A stretch of 64,000 bases of DNA, from contig NC_087250.1 of assembly GCF_037042905.1 (NCBI RefSeq), positions 6,884,001-6,948,000 of the forward strand, written 5' to 3'. The notes under the pieces were generated by a model. It searched no databases. It had not been told where the DNA came from and worked only from the letters and a program-made list of their open reading frames with translations. Shown piece after piece: positions 38,705 through 51,923 of this stretch; positions within the stretch are counted from its first letter, which is position 1, and every line of letters begins with the position of its first letter. The position numbers were made by a program, and so were the translations under genes. The DNA is from Lytechinus pictus. Taxonomy: Eukaryota.

Positions 38705-41171
38705 CTTGACGAATGAAATCCCCGGTCTTCTGTCTTCGTTTTCCAGACACCCAACAACAGGTTTGGAAAACGAAGACCGAAGACCGGGGACATGCGTAAT
38801 GTCAATGGTAGTAAAATAGTTGCAAACGCCAGTTGAGTTGAGTCTGCTTGTACGTGATTGCGCAGTATGAGGTGTATTGTATGCAAGTTTTCAGTTTTAT
38901 GACAGTTTTCAGAATTGCAATGGCTGAATTCCGTGGGTGAAATATGTACGTTATCCTTAATATCATGCCCTAGCTGATAACGATATTCACACAAATAACC
39001 GTAACTTATCCGCAGCCAATCATAGCTGATGACGTATCCAAGATCAGAATATTCTTAAACTGGAGTTGAATATTATAGGCCTATCTTAGCTAGACGAATA
39101 CACAATCCCCGGTCTTCTGTCTTCGTTTTCCAGACACCCAACAACAGGTTTGGAAAACGAAGACCGAAGACCGGGGACATGCATAATGTCAAAGGTAGTA
39201 TAGTTGCAAACGCCAGTTGAGTTGAGTCTGCCTGTACGTGATTGCGCAGTATGAGGTGTATTGTATGCAAGTTTTCAGTTTTATGACAGTTTTCGGAATT
39301 GCAATGGCTGAATTCCTTGGGTGAAATATTTACGTTATCCTTAATATCATGCCCTAGCTGATAACGATATTCACACAAATAACAATAACTTATCCGCAGC
39401 CAATCATAGCTGATGACGTATCCAAGATCAGAATATTCTTGAACTGGTGCTGAATATTATAGGCCTATCTTAGCTAGACGAATTGACGCGATCCCCGGTC
39501 TTCTGTCTTCGTTTTCCAGACACCCAACAACAGGTTTGGAAAACGAAGACCGAAGACCGGGGACATGCGTTATGTCAATGGTAGTAAAATTGCAAATTAA
39601 TGTCAGCCAATTAAGAAGGAAAAACCAGTTCACAGAATGTAATTCTGGAAAATGGAAAAACGGCATACTGGTCTAACTGGTCGAGTTCACTTTACTGGAC
39701 CAGTTAAGAATTAAACTGGTCTGAAATTACTGGTCTAGAGTTAACCTATCTGGAAATTTGAAACTGGTCTGATTGATTACTGGAGTTTGTTACTTGTCTC
39801 AGTGGAATAGTGGTGTAAACTGGGAGACCTATCCCGCTTCAACTGGTCTAACTATACTAATTATTGACACAAGCAATTAACATGACTTCATTATCAGCCA
39901 ATTAATGACACTAATGTATTCTAGATCAGAATATTCTTGAATTTGAGCTGAATAATAGAGGCCTTCATAATGACATTTATAAGTGGTATCTTAGCTAAAC
40001 GAATGCGATCCCCGGTCTTCGTTTTCCAGACACCCAACAACAGGTTTGGAAAACGAAGACCGAAGACCGGGGACATGCACAATGTCAATGGTAGTAAAAT
40101 AGTTGCAAACGCCAGTTGAGTTGAGTCTGCCTGTACGTGATTGCGCAGTATGAGGTGTATTGTATGCAAGTTTTCAGTTTTATGACAGTTTTCGGAATTG
40201 CAATGGCTGAATTCCTTGGGTGAAATATGTACGTTATCCCTAATATCATGCCCTAGCTGATAACGATATTCACACAAATAACAATAACTTATCCGCAGCC
40301 AATCATAGCTGATGACGTATCCAAGATCAGAATATTCTTGAACTGGTGCTGAATATTATAGGCCTATCTTAGCTAGACGAATTGACGCGATCCCCGGTCT
40401 TCTGTCTTCGTTTTCCAGACACCCAACAACAGGTTTGGAAAACGAAGACCGAAGACCGGGGACATGCGTTATGTCAATGGTAGTAAAATTGCAAATTAAT
40501 GTCAGCCAATTAAGAAGGAAAAACCAGTTCACAGAATGTAATTCTGGAAAATGGAAAAACGGCATACTGGTCTAACTGGTCGAGTTCACTTTACTGGACC
40601 AGTTAAGAATTAAACTGGTCTGAAATTACTGGTCTAGAGTTAACCTATCTGGAAATTTGAAACTGGTCTGATTGATTACTGGAGTTTGTTACCGTGTCTC
40701 AGTGGAATAGTGGTGTAAACTGGGAGACCTATCCCGCTTCAACTGGTCTAACTATACTAATTATTGACACAAGCAATTAACATGACTTCATTATCAGCCA
40801 ATTAATGACATTAATGTATTCTAGATCAGAATATTCTTGAATTTGAGCTGAATAATAGAGGCCTTCATAATGACATTTATAAGTGGTATCTTAGCTAAAC
40901 GAATGCGATCCCCGGTCTTCGGTCTTCGTTTTCCAGACACCCAACAGCGGGTTTGGAAAACGAAGATCGAAGACCGGGGACCCGTGCATTGTCAATGGGA
41001 GAACATTTGTCGGGGTAAGGTCCAAAGTCCATTCTAACCCGCGCACGTGTTTTGTACACACTTTGCACTGCATGCTTTGTACACACTTCGGGCGTGAACT
41101 ACAAACGCTTTCACACGAGTGTGATATGAGTCCCCGGTCTTCGGTCTTCGGTCTTCGTTTTCCAGACACCC
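38705..41171 (-). repeat. Right arm of the foldback element: modules A-B-C-B-C-C read from the terminus
   Basis: Reverse-complement copies of left-arm modules; B+C block repeated at an 899-bp offset (ORFs 39457 and 40356). Confidence 0.9.
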
Positions 41172-42801
41172 GTTTTGAGGGGGCCAGATACATGTATGAG
41201 AGCCAGATATCGAGAAAAAATCCTTTGAAACAGTTGTCAGCGAGTCCAGCGAGAGAGCACAACTTTCGAAATTTTTCAATGCAACAATAAAATTTGGTAA
41301 AAGAGTTTGGGTATAATATTCGTAAAATAATCATATTTCATCAATCTCTCTTTCACTTTCTCTTTATTGGTAATGATTTATTTAGGGGGGAGTAGGGTTG
41401 CACAATTTCCCGGGAATTTTCCATGGGAATAAACGGGAATTTTGTGGGAATTTCTTGAATTTTTGGAAATTTTCAGGAAATTTCAAGAAATGATGGTTAT
41501 TTACAAAAAAGTAACAATTTTCTGATAATTATATGCATGAATTGAAAGGCGTACCATAAAAAATGATGCTTTCCAACATTGTTTGTTATTAAATTTAATT
41601 CAAGCATTACCATGGCAACATAATTTTTATCTTCATAAGATATTCCTGCAGAACACTTTCTGTATTTTAGTTCAAATGAGGGGGTCGAAACTTAAGCATA
41701 CGGATTAAGTCAATTCCAATTGTATTTTCCACCTGTTCATTGTCTTGTCAACCATGCTATTTTTGTAAATTAGAAGTTATTTGGTTGCCATGGTAATGTC
41801 TGTAGATGTTATTTACACTTTTAGCAACCACAATACATTTGTTTACGAACTTGAAAATTAGGGGAAATCAAAGCTAAATCATATTCTTTTTTTATATTTT
41901 TTATTTTTCTGGGGTAAAACAAGCCGTTGTCATGGCAACGGACCAATTGGAACTATCTTGGTGATCTTGAATATTTCTTAATTTCATATAAATTCAATTG
42001 GGAACCTGAAAATTATCATTTTCGTCGTCTATATCACGTTTATTTACCATTTACATCGGAATGTATTTTATTTTGGAGAAATTAATCCGTTACCATGGCA
42101 ACGGCCGAAAATGGCATTTATAAATTTACCTCCCATCTTTAAAATAAATATTGCAGCATACTAACACTTGTGAAAGTTTCAGGCTTTAGTCATAATTTGC
42201 ACAATTGTTCGGCTTATCCGCTCTACTATTACACCAAACTTAATATAAACACCCTTCAAGGGCTCAATAAATGATTAGCCTGTTTTACGTTATTTTAAGT
42301 TCAACAGTAGTTAATTCGATGATGCTTTCAGAATGGTTTTCTATCATCATTAGTCCAATGTATGTACATTCTCTTTAATTCTCTTATTCTAAATTCATAT
42401 CGCAATGACGTGATGACACATTATTGCAGATGACTATTCCCAACACTATTTAATTATGGTATTTGATATTAAACTAAAAACGAACCATATTCTTCCAGAT
42501 TTTTATTTTTTATTTATCTATTATTATTATTATTTTTTTTTTTTTTGGGGGGGGGCAATTCGAATGAAGTCTAACGTTGCTTTGTTTATTGCCTCCATGG
42601 CAACGGCGATTTTTCTTTCTTCAAGATATATCTGTTCTCTTATGGTTTATAGTTAATGGTTATAATAATGATACGAGTTACATATTGCTTGTAATGTGAT
42701 TCGAATTATATTTCTGATCATTATGATCACGATGATAACTCTATCAGTGATGTAATATATTTTGATCGCCAAATACATCTTTTCTGAAGCATCACACTGT
42801 A

Positions 42802-43024
42802 CACAGTAAAAACGGTGTTTAAGATATTACACAACGCTGTTTACTACATGTACATGAACCTTACAGTATTTGTTTAACCGTTAAAACATCATGTTTAATT
42901 TATTGACAATTAGATATTGAAAATTAAACTTTGTTGCTTAAGATTTAAACAGTTGTTTAATCTGTTTAAACAATTACTGTAAGGTTTATATAGTAAACAG
43001 CGTTGTATATTTTTTTTTACTGTG
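42802..43024. mobile_element. Small TA-flanked MITE
   Basis: tacacagtaaaaa / tttttactgtgta with internal inverted acaacgctgtttacta / tagtaaacagcgttgt. Confidence 0.65.
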
Positions 43025-43354
43025 TATGTATCAGAAACTTCTATTTTTACTGCGCTGGAGCTAAAACAATATCATCGAATATATGGGAAAAAATGCCGAT
43101 AGACACCCGCCCAAACCAACACATTTTTTTCTTCTTCTTCTTCCCTTTTTTACTTAGTCATAATTTTAATTCTAGAACATTACAAGAGCATCTGGTTGCA
43201 GTGTTTGTCACAATAACATTGTTGTTACCTATAATTATGATTAAAATAACTTTAAAGCTTATAATAATTTTCGTGGCACCAAGTTCACATCTTAAAGGTG
43301 TTTCATGATTGATTATCATTTCCATTATGAATGCATCTTTTCTATACAACACAG

Positions 43355-43403
43355 ATCTCTTGATAAATGGCAATTCGACTTTGATACCAGCTCAGGTGCT
43401 AGG
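43355..43403 (+). CDS. 49-nt internal exon of LRR gene, module copy 2 (SLDKWQFDFDTSSGAR)
   Basis: Acceptor acag, donor gtaagc, open frame, phase 2 to 0. Joins 10356 (phase 2) to 46943 (phase 0) in frame. Confidence 0.75.
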
Positions 43404-44183
43404 GTAAGCATATATATACTACACATGTACGTCGCTGTGTGTTAATTTGGTAAAACAAGGGGGAGGGGATATCTTCCACATGTTCGTCGATCGGTCCCTA
43501 AAAGTTGATGTTTCTTTTATGGGTATTCATAGCTAAAGACTGATTTTTTAAGTACATCTTAACTTTATTAATGCGAGCGCGAGGAGTCAACTCATTTTTT
43601 CATGCATTTAGACCTGGTAATTGAATATTCTGAACAATTTTTTAATCATGATCAAGGTGTATCTAACTAAATAATATTTGAGTGCACTAAGCTGTGGCAG
43701 AAAAATTTCATTTATAATTATTTTGAATGATTACTAACTGTATTAATCTAGTTTCGTAACAATATATTGAAAAACGAGACACAATAGGTATTCAATGCAT
43801 TTTTACCCGGTAGAATTTAAATTTTTCATTTTTTGTGATCACCATATTTAGATCTAGCGCCCAGTTTAGGTAATGTTCTAATGTTTATTCAAAATTAGCC
43901 TTTAGAGTACCTTCTTTATATATTTCATAATTGGATATTGGAAAACAACTTATAAACATCATATCGTAAGATTTTCAGCCAACCCCATGCTTGAGAATGT
44001 GTTTAATATAAAGAAGACAAAAATACACTTTGACAAAGGGATGAATCCGTTTGCATTAAAGTGTGATGTAAAATGGGTAATTTTTTTTTCATTAAAACAA
44101 ATTATCATCTTAAAAACTTCACACCACTAGCATGTTGGGGGCACTTCGATTGATAAGATATCGTAATCAATTGGGACAGTGAC

Positions 44184-45300
44184 CAGGGGTGGATCCAGTA
44201 TTCGCCAAAATGGGGGGGGGGTCGAAAAAAATACCCATGTTTTCCCCGATTGGCCTCTCAAAAATGACTTGCATTTGTTTAATTGAAGGGGTAGTCCTAA
44301 CAGTCACTTCTTACATTTATTCTCACAAAAATAGATAAATAATAATCTCGTAAAAGCCCTAATTGAAAAGTACGAGGGCGAAGAACGATCTGATTTTTTT
44401 AAGGAACTATGATCCTGAAAATTGAACATTCTGAACAATGATTGTGATCGTGAACAAGATGTGTATTTAACTAAATAATCACTCCGAGCAGATTTCTTTT
44501 TATTGGAAAGGGACAAGTTATTGACTGCTTGCAGTTACCCATGAAAACGATACACATTTCAACAATAAAGAAATGCATTCTGATATTAAAAAAAATGACA
44601 TTCTAAAGCACTTTTATCTAATCATGAATAAAATATATGAATAAATAATGCGAGCGCGAACCGGTAGCCACATAAAGAGATTTTTAGACCTAGAAAAGGG
44701 ACACGCTATTCATGCTTTGTAAACCAGGAAAAGGATAACTATTTGGGTGTCTTCCTACATGAATAATGCGAACGGGAAGCGCGAGATTGTTTGTATATTC
44801 TGATATGAATCTGGATAATTTAAGCATGTTTTGAATAAAGAACAAACTACATATCTCAATAAACAAGTGTGCGCGCTTTTTTGAGGGGTGGGGGGGTTAA
44901 ATCTGGGCATTCTAAATACATTTCTTTTAATATGAAATTCAATAATGCACGAGCGCGAGCTGATAAAAAATGATATCACGATCTGAAAAAGGGCCAAATT
45001 AAGCACTATTTCAAGCATCGTAGGAGAATTGTGAAGTGGATATGGATCATACTTAACAAACGATACAAGAGCGAAATGCTAGCCGATATTTTTAATTATC
45101 CTCCTGGGAAATTGTAAGGACATTTTGCTATCGTATGAATATGACTATCTTCCTTATTACTCTTCCTAACCGAGAGATGAAACTTGTCGATATTCCATTC
45201 TGCAAAGAGAGACAATTTCATTATTAGTAATTCATGAAACTGTTATCTTTCTCATGTTTCTTATCTGTTGATATTAAGTCCTGAAGATCGGATATTTTAA
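44184..45300 (-). mobile_element. Decayed hAT-like element of the 3825-7349 / 35511-36820 family, opposite orientation
   Basis: Starts caggggtggatccag; gaaggggtagtcct...agtcacttctt is the reverse complement of ~7230-7258. Far end uncertain. Confidence 0.5.
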
Positions 45301-45818
45301 GCATTACTTTTTTAAATATTGTTTTTAAGGCCTATTTATGCACATATGGTAAGCAACATGTGCAGAGCTACTCGGCCGTTGATGGACCCTGAGTGCAAGA
45401 AACCCATGTGCAGTAGAATGCCTTTGTTGATGCGCACTCAGTTGCGGTAGCGTGGTTTGCGTATAGATGAACTAACAGAATGCGGTGCCACTGCAAGTCT
45501 ATGGGGGTCAGGCCGGTCATTACATGGCCGTAAATTAAACATAGATATAATACCCCTTTCGTCATTTTCGTATTTTTTTCTCTGTTTTTTTTTCAGCGTT
45601 TCTCTCAAATTAAAAAGCACACCTTTTTTTGGTTGCCAACAAATAGGGGGCGAGGCCGGAGAAATGCTATTTGGGGGGAGGGGGATTTAGCTAAACTAGA
45701 GATACGCTTCCATTTTAATTGTTTCTTTTATTTAAAAAAATTATCACTCGGTATTTGTTCAAAACTAATCCTCTGAATTAATACATTTTCTTTAAATGTC
45801 TAAATAATATCTAATATT

Positions 45819-46812
45819 AACAAGTGGAATGCCTCTGGCCGTCTCACCTGCATCACGCGATTCAATATAGCAGCAGTGCTGATTTTGAAAACTACTATAA
45901 CTCGCACAAGATGTTCAGTGATACTTGGTTACTCTTATTTCCACGTTTTATGAACTAGACCAATACACTTATAGAGATATGATGGCAATTCAACAAATAC
46001 CCCCAACGTGGCCAAAGTTCTTTGACCTTACATGACCTTTGACCTTGATCATGTGACCTGAAACTCGCACAGGATGTTCAGTGATACTTGATTACTATTA
46101 TGTCCAAGTTTTATGAACTAGACCAACACACTTTCAAATTTATGGCTGTAATTCAACAAATACCCCAATTTGGCCAAAGTTCATTGACCCTAAATGACCT
46201 TTGACCTTGATCATGTGACCTGAAACTTGCACAGGATGTTCAGTAATACTTGATTACTATTATGTCCAAGTTTCATGAATCAGATCCATAAACTTTCAAA
46301 GTTATGATGGTAATTCAACAGATACCCCCAATTCGGCCAAAGTTCATTGACCCTAAATGACCTTTGACCTTGGTCATGTGACGTGAAACTCATGCAGGAT
46401 GTTCAGTGATACTTGATTAACCTTATGTATAAGTTTCATGAACTAGGTCCATATATTTTCTAAGTTATGATGACATTTCAAAAACTTAACCTTAGGTTAA
46501 GATTTTGATGTTGATTCCCCCAACATGGTCTAAGTTCATTGACCCTAAATGACCTTTGACCTTGGTCATGTGACATGAAACACAGGCAGGATGTTCAGTA
46601 ATACTTGATTAACCTTATGGCCAAGTTTCATGAACTAGGTCCATATACTTTCTAAGTTATGCTGTCATTTCAAAAACTTAACCTCAGGTTAAGATTTGGT
46701 GTTGACGCCGCCGCCGCCGTCGCCGCCGCCACCGCCGCCGCCGTCGCCGTCGCCGCCGCCGTCGGAAAAGCGGCGCCTATAGTCTCACTCTGCTATGCAG
46801 GTGAGACAAAAA
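45819..46812 (-). mobile_element. Non-autonomous Helentron-associated (HINE / DINE-1-like) element
   Basis: Subterminal inverted repeat gtctcacctgcat / atgcaggtgagac, terminal hairpin gtctcac...gtgagac, (GCC)n tract at ~46707-46760, and internal ~163-bp tandem units. No TSD seen. Confidence 0.7.
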
Positions 46813-46942
46813 TCACCTTTGATTTATGTATTATCGCGTTTTTTCGGGGGGGGATATTTATGTTTTCACGACATGCATGAAAGATGTGAAGAATAATCTT
46901 GTCCCAAAATTATCCGTCTTTTCTATTTATATTTTCATTCAG

Positions 46943-47445
46943 ATAATCAAATGTTGTCTGTCTTCTGAGATGACTTCTAGAATGTGGCCATGTCTCAGAT
47001 CTGTCACCTCACTGAAGCATCTTACCATCTTAGACTCATCTCTCAGTTTCCCTCCATCACTTCCTGAGCTACCATCGGTCACAAAACTATCACCCGAGAG
47101 AGTGACGTCGCAAAGCTATAATGGTCTAATCTCATCGCTCCCTGGTCTGGAAGGTATTGATATCACGATGGATGACGCGGAGGGAGACATTGCTCGTTAC
47201 TCCGCTGTTCTTCGTCTGACAGCAGGGCAGAAACTCAAACACATATATCTATGTGGTCCGCCATCACCTTCATCAGAGAGGAGCCGTGTATCGAGAGAGA
47301 CAATGAGAGGACTGGGTCAGGTCATCAAAGAACATACACAGAACCTGGTGTCGCTCTATCTGAAATGGGTGACGTGGACAGACGAGAATGACTTAGTTTA
47401 CCTTATCGACTGCTGCAGACGTGTGAAGACGATGCAATACGTTTC
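46943..47445 (+). CDS. Large LRR-encoding exon of probable NLR-type receptor gene
   Basis: Within ORF 46826..47449. Acceptor ttcattcag, donor gtaagt (phase 2). Motifs VTSLKHLTI, LPGLEGIDI, QKLKHIYL, QNLVSLYL. Confidence 0.85.
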
Positions 47446-48370
47446 GTAAGTTTTTGCTTATCAAAAAAAACTATTTCATTGATACAATTTCAAATATCAT
47501 TCCAATGCAGTGGCTCAAATCCTACAGTTTTCATATTACATGCAAAATATTTTGCTGTAAATATTTGGATACATCCAGAGAAGAAACGGTTCCATTCTTT
47601 TTTAGCCATTAATAGTGTCAGGTACATGTACTCTTAGAATTGCCATGAATATGTCAGGTCCTCAAATACATTTTTTTGTACTTAAAAATTTGATAGCATT
47701 ACCCTGTCATTAAATGTTACTGTTAGAAAATAGCACCAGCATGCACATTTGAATTTTACTGCTAGTTCGATTGTAACTCTTGTATAAGCTCCAATAGCCT
47801 ACTCTCAATAGTATTTCATACCTAACTCGTACTCGATGTGAAATAATCGATTTGTCTATTGTATTAAAAATGTCCTTTTCAATATTTCTCAATATTTCGT
47901 ATGTACTAATTGTCTTTTATTACTTGAATAGATGTCACTTCAGTCATATATTTTGTTATAAAGATTACGTTCCCGGTCATCATAAATCCCAAAATGTATC
48001 CTGCATTTCAATTTGATTCAAATTTTAAATCATCCCCACCGCAATATATATCACAGATACATTATTGTAATAATGAATTGCAAAAATAACTGACATTTTG
48101 GGGAAGATAAGCCAAACTTATTTGATACTCTCACCTATCATCCTGCATTTTTCATACTCAAAGTCAAAGCAAAGATATTGTAAAAGTTTTTAATATTATG
48201 ATAGATAAATTTTCATTTCGGGAGAGTAAACAAAAATGTATTCAATCATAACGACAGCGTTACATACTACTAGCATTTAAACCCAAAACATACAGACACG
48301 CAAACACTTGGATACAAATTCCCCATCTTCTCATGATTTCTTACACGCCTCCGTTTTGTCATGATTACAG

Positions 48371-48470
48371 GTTCGTTTACTGTGGGACGACGAAGAATGG
48401 CAGGCTGCATTCTCACCTCGTTCACCTTCACTGTGGATCTTCCGACGGTTTCGATGTGTATGTTTACCAT
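48371..48470 (+). CDS. Penultimate coding exon (FVYCGTTKNGRLHSHL...VYVYH)
   Basis: Acceptor attacag, donor gtaaga, 100 nt, phase 2 to 0, open in the frame of ORF 48333..48551; GC-richer than its flanks. Confidence 0.65.
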
Positions 48471-51204
48471 GTAAGATATACTGCTCTGCTTCTACACTGT
48501 CTACTTTCAATGTCACATAAATGCATACCAACACTAGAATTTAGGGTTTAAAAAGACGTATGACGTATGAGTCTATTGAAAGATTATTGTTTGTCATTCA
48601 TATTGAAAGAAAACACAAGGATGCAATATAAAACATTATAGGCCTATGTATAATTGTATTTAGTTTAAAATTTAACAATACAATATAGAAAATGGATCCC
48701 AATACGTTTTATAGTAAATTTCTACATCTTTGAAATAAATCCACATTATTCACTTTTAACTTTAGTATACATAAATTTTCCCATAGATTTTGTGATATTG
48801 AATAATATGACAACGTAGAACTGCAGCACACACTTAGATCAATGCAGACGAACAACCAAAAAAAAAAAACAGCAAGTGCTAAAAAAGGGGAAAAGGGGAC
48901 GTGGTTGAATTTCTAGTGTGCAATTTATATTTATTTAAAGTGCACTAAAAGTAAATGCGTTTTTTGTTTTGTTTTGCTTAAATATAGCTCCTGTTGTCGG
49001 GCTTCGAAATTAGGGGGGAGGGAGCAGATACAAATTCAATCATGACGTCACCGTCTTGAGTCCGGTGACGTCACGGTCGATTTTGTTTTTCCTCTCTTCC
49101 AATTACACATTTCAATTTCTTCACTTGGATATATCAAACATATATATTTCAATTTCTTCACTTGGATATATCAAACATATATTTTCTAAAAGCTTGCATT
49201 GATGCACTCTACAGCTTTTGCCAAATTTTATTTCCCGCCTATTTGGTTTGGCGTAGCTTTACTATTTTATATGCATTCAAATTATATAAATCAAATTTTC
49301 CTAACATAGCAATTAAGGCCCAATGAGAGCCCCAAGTCAAGCAACCCCCCCCCCCCCAAAAAAAAAAAAATAATGAATAAATAAATAAAATAAAAAAATA
49401 AAACGAATTGGTTGGCTATTTGTTGAATAAAGTTTTATATCGCTCAGCTTTCCAGTCAAATCTTCCCCGTTCAGTGATTTCATTGAAAGACGTACTTCGT
49501 ACATGCAATAGACGCCTTGTTCAGATGTGGATTGCTCCTAGTCGGAGTAAAACTGTATTGTGCATTGATCAAAATTTAAAAAATATATATATATGTCATC
49601 ACTACCCAGACGTAGTTGGTCGGAGGAGTGTCCGTCTGGACAGTGTTACTGCAACCATCCTATCCAGTTTTTAAAGCAACACAGCCGGTTTTTAGTGTAT
49701 TATTATTATTCAATCTGCAGCAATGTACATCCCAACTCCAATCTAATGAAGAAAAAAAATGAAAATTTTGGTACCGAAAATGATATCCATGTGTTTTATC
49801 AGTGAATTATTGCTTATCATCTCTCCTTTATTTACCTCAATTATATTTAAAAAGTAAAAATATACACGATGCATAAAGTGCATATTTTTAAAAAAAAGTT
49901 CACACTTTGCGTAAAATCCGATGAAATAAAGTAATATCTGTACAGTAATATCTGTAATATTGTTAGAGGTATTCCAGATATTATGTATTGGTACAAGTCT
50001 CATTTAGCATGTTAAGGGAATGTCGACATAAATTTCGCCTGGGTGAGCACCATTGGTAAAGTTCGTAAAAGGGTCTTGCTCAAAAATTAATAGTAATATA
50101 GATGAAATTGGACGTAAATGATGAAGAGCACACGCACTTTAAGTGATTAATTTAATCATACATTTCCCCCTTCTACCATTCTCACAAGCTTATGCCCCTC
50201 CCCCTTTCTTATATATAAACCATCATAGACAGACAGGCCACGTCTAGATGACTTAACATGACTGTGTTCAAGATACTCCTTCCACCGACCAAGACACTAA
50301 CCATTGTCTATATTTAGTTTTTCAAACAACGCAAACCCGAGTGATCTTGCACTCACACGCGACCCGGGTGATTAGTATAAGCTTGTATAGACCATGACGA
50401 TGAATCGTATTCACATGACTGTAGTTGTGAAAGGCATGGAACTTTATTCTGCATGTTTTTCTTTGAAGTCATGATTTAGAACAGGTACTTGTGGGGAAAA
50501 TGAAATGAATGATAAAAATAATGTACATTACCCATCATCAAAGGACAGAATATGGTAATGACAAAGGCAGGATATATCAGAAATTGAAAATTGTTTTGTT
50601 TATATCCTTAAATCAAGCTGGCATAAAAATGAATGTTTACCTAGAATTATAATGTTTGATTTTTGTAGCAAAAGAGTTCAGCTACTTTTAATGACTCTGT
50701 TTGATTTACACGAACTAAGAAAGTCAACTAAACTATAAAAAAAAATGTTTCACGGTGGATGCGGGGTTTTTCTGCTTCCTTTACAAAACGCAAAAAAATT
50801 AGTGTTCCCTTGATAACCAATTTCTGCTAGCTTTCCAAAAGTTGGCAGTTCTCACTCAAGTGCAAAATTTGGTAAATGATAAGAAATGCCATCTCATTAA
50901 AGAGACAGTAACCCACTAATATGTAGAAATATAATTCCCATTTTACTGCTAGGGACAGTTTTCAAATTGCAAACCTTTTATTCATATGCACTGTAAGTTG
51001 TTCGATAGCTGTAAATAATATGTGAACATTAAAGTAGAAATAAAATGCAAATGGAGAATTACATATCAAGATTAAGGAGAAAATAAGAAGAACACGATGG
51101 TGTACATCATTTATCATGGAGACCGATAAAAGACATTTCATTGATAGTTTAAAAATCTCTCTCAAAAACGCTGAATTACGTCCGCGAAATGGGGGATTTT
51201 TGAT

Positions 51205-51502
51205 AACGTGCATGAGTGTACGAGAGACGTGGATGGCTATCCCACGTTAAGCTTTACTTGTAAATTTGGATTTTGTGTAGTTACCAGCTACATGAGCTAG
51301 AAACTTCCTCATCAATCTCTTCGTCTTCAAAATCGTCAGTTTCAAAATCCATATTTAGATAAACTGCTGGGATTCCCTTTATTTCCTGATCGAAGTATTC
51401 AGTGACAGTGTGGAGAAAAAGTACCCTCGCAACAGGTTTTGCATACAAGTGGAGCTTGACGTGGGATAGCCAACCACGTCTCTCGTACACTCATGCACGT
51501 CA
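51205..51502. repeat. ~50-bp inverted repeat, probably the core of an old MITE
   Basis: cgtgcatgagtgtacgagagacgtgg...tatcccacgt versus acgtgggatag...ccacgtctctcgtacactcatgcacg. Confidence 0.7.
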
Positions 51503-51875
51503 TCAAATTTAGTCAATTCAGAGACCGATGCGATGCATATTTCGGAGAGGCATTTTAATTGGCGATTTCCACATTATGTATTATTTTCGATATTTGTTGA
51601 ATGACCAAATGATAATCCCCACATCATTACTTTTCCACTGATATATAATAAGGCCATTTTCAAAGTCAATATATTTCTCCTTTAAATCGTAGCACGTACC
51701 CATCAAAAATGTTTCTTAAAGTGATAAACTAGTATCCATCAACGATGATTGGAGAAAATGTAAACAAGACGAAACAAATGTAGCCAATGAAAACACATTC
51801 GTTGAAAACTGTAGTCATGGAAATCGAGGCAATTCATAAAATCCGACTATATTTATATTTATTGTTTTATTTTAG

Positions 51876-51923
51876 GACGATGGTGGCAAAATTCATTATT
51901 ACATCCCCCGCACTGTCGATTGA
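51876..51923 (+). CDS. Probable terminal coding exon (DDGGKIHYYIPRTVD*)
   Basis: Strong acceptor ttgttttattttag, phase 0 as required by the previous exon, TGA at 51921-51923. Confidence 0.5.
   Translation, partial: DDGGKIHYYIPRTVD

Larger units (their letters stand above)
27335..41171. mobile_element. 13.8-kb foldback element, MULE-like (G termini, 10-bp TSD), with satellite-bearing arms
   Basis: gggtgtctggaaaacgaagaccgaagaccgaagacc / reverse complement; TSD gttttgaggg at 27325-34 and 41172-81. No transposase recognised inside. Confidence 0.85.
11615..42228. mobile_element. Outer non-autonomous Academ-like element with long TIRs, host to nested insertions
   Basis: 11615-~12260 is the diverged reverse complement of ~41590-42228. 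Termini TAG...CTA. TIR sequence is homologous to the inner AcademX TIR. A TTA TSD is recoverable only if a TACATG hexamer at the left flank is removed. Confidence 0.7.

Noticed and set aside
46659..46880. Poly-alanine ORF
   Set aside because: Translation of the (GCC)n tract of the HINE-like element.
51281..51490. Acidic 69-aa minus-strand ORF
   Set aside because: Lies between the arms of an inverted repeat, has no recognisable domain and no supported splice partners.
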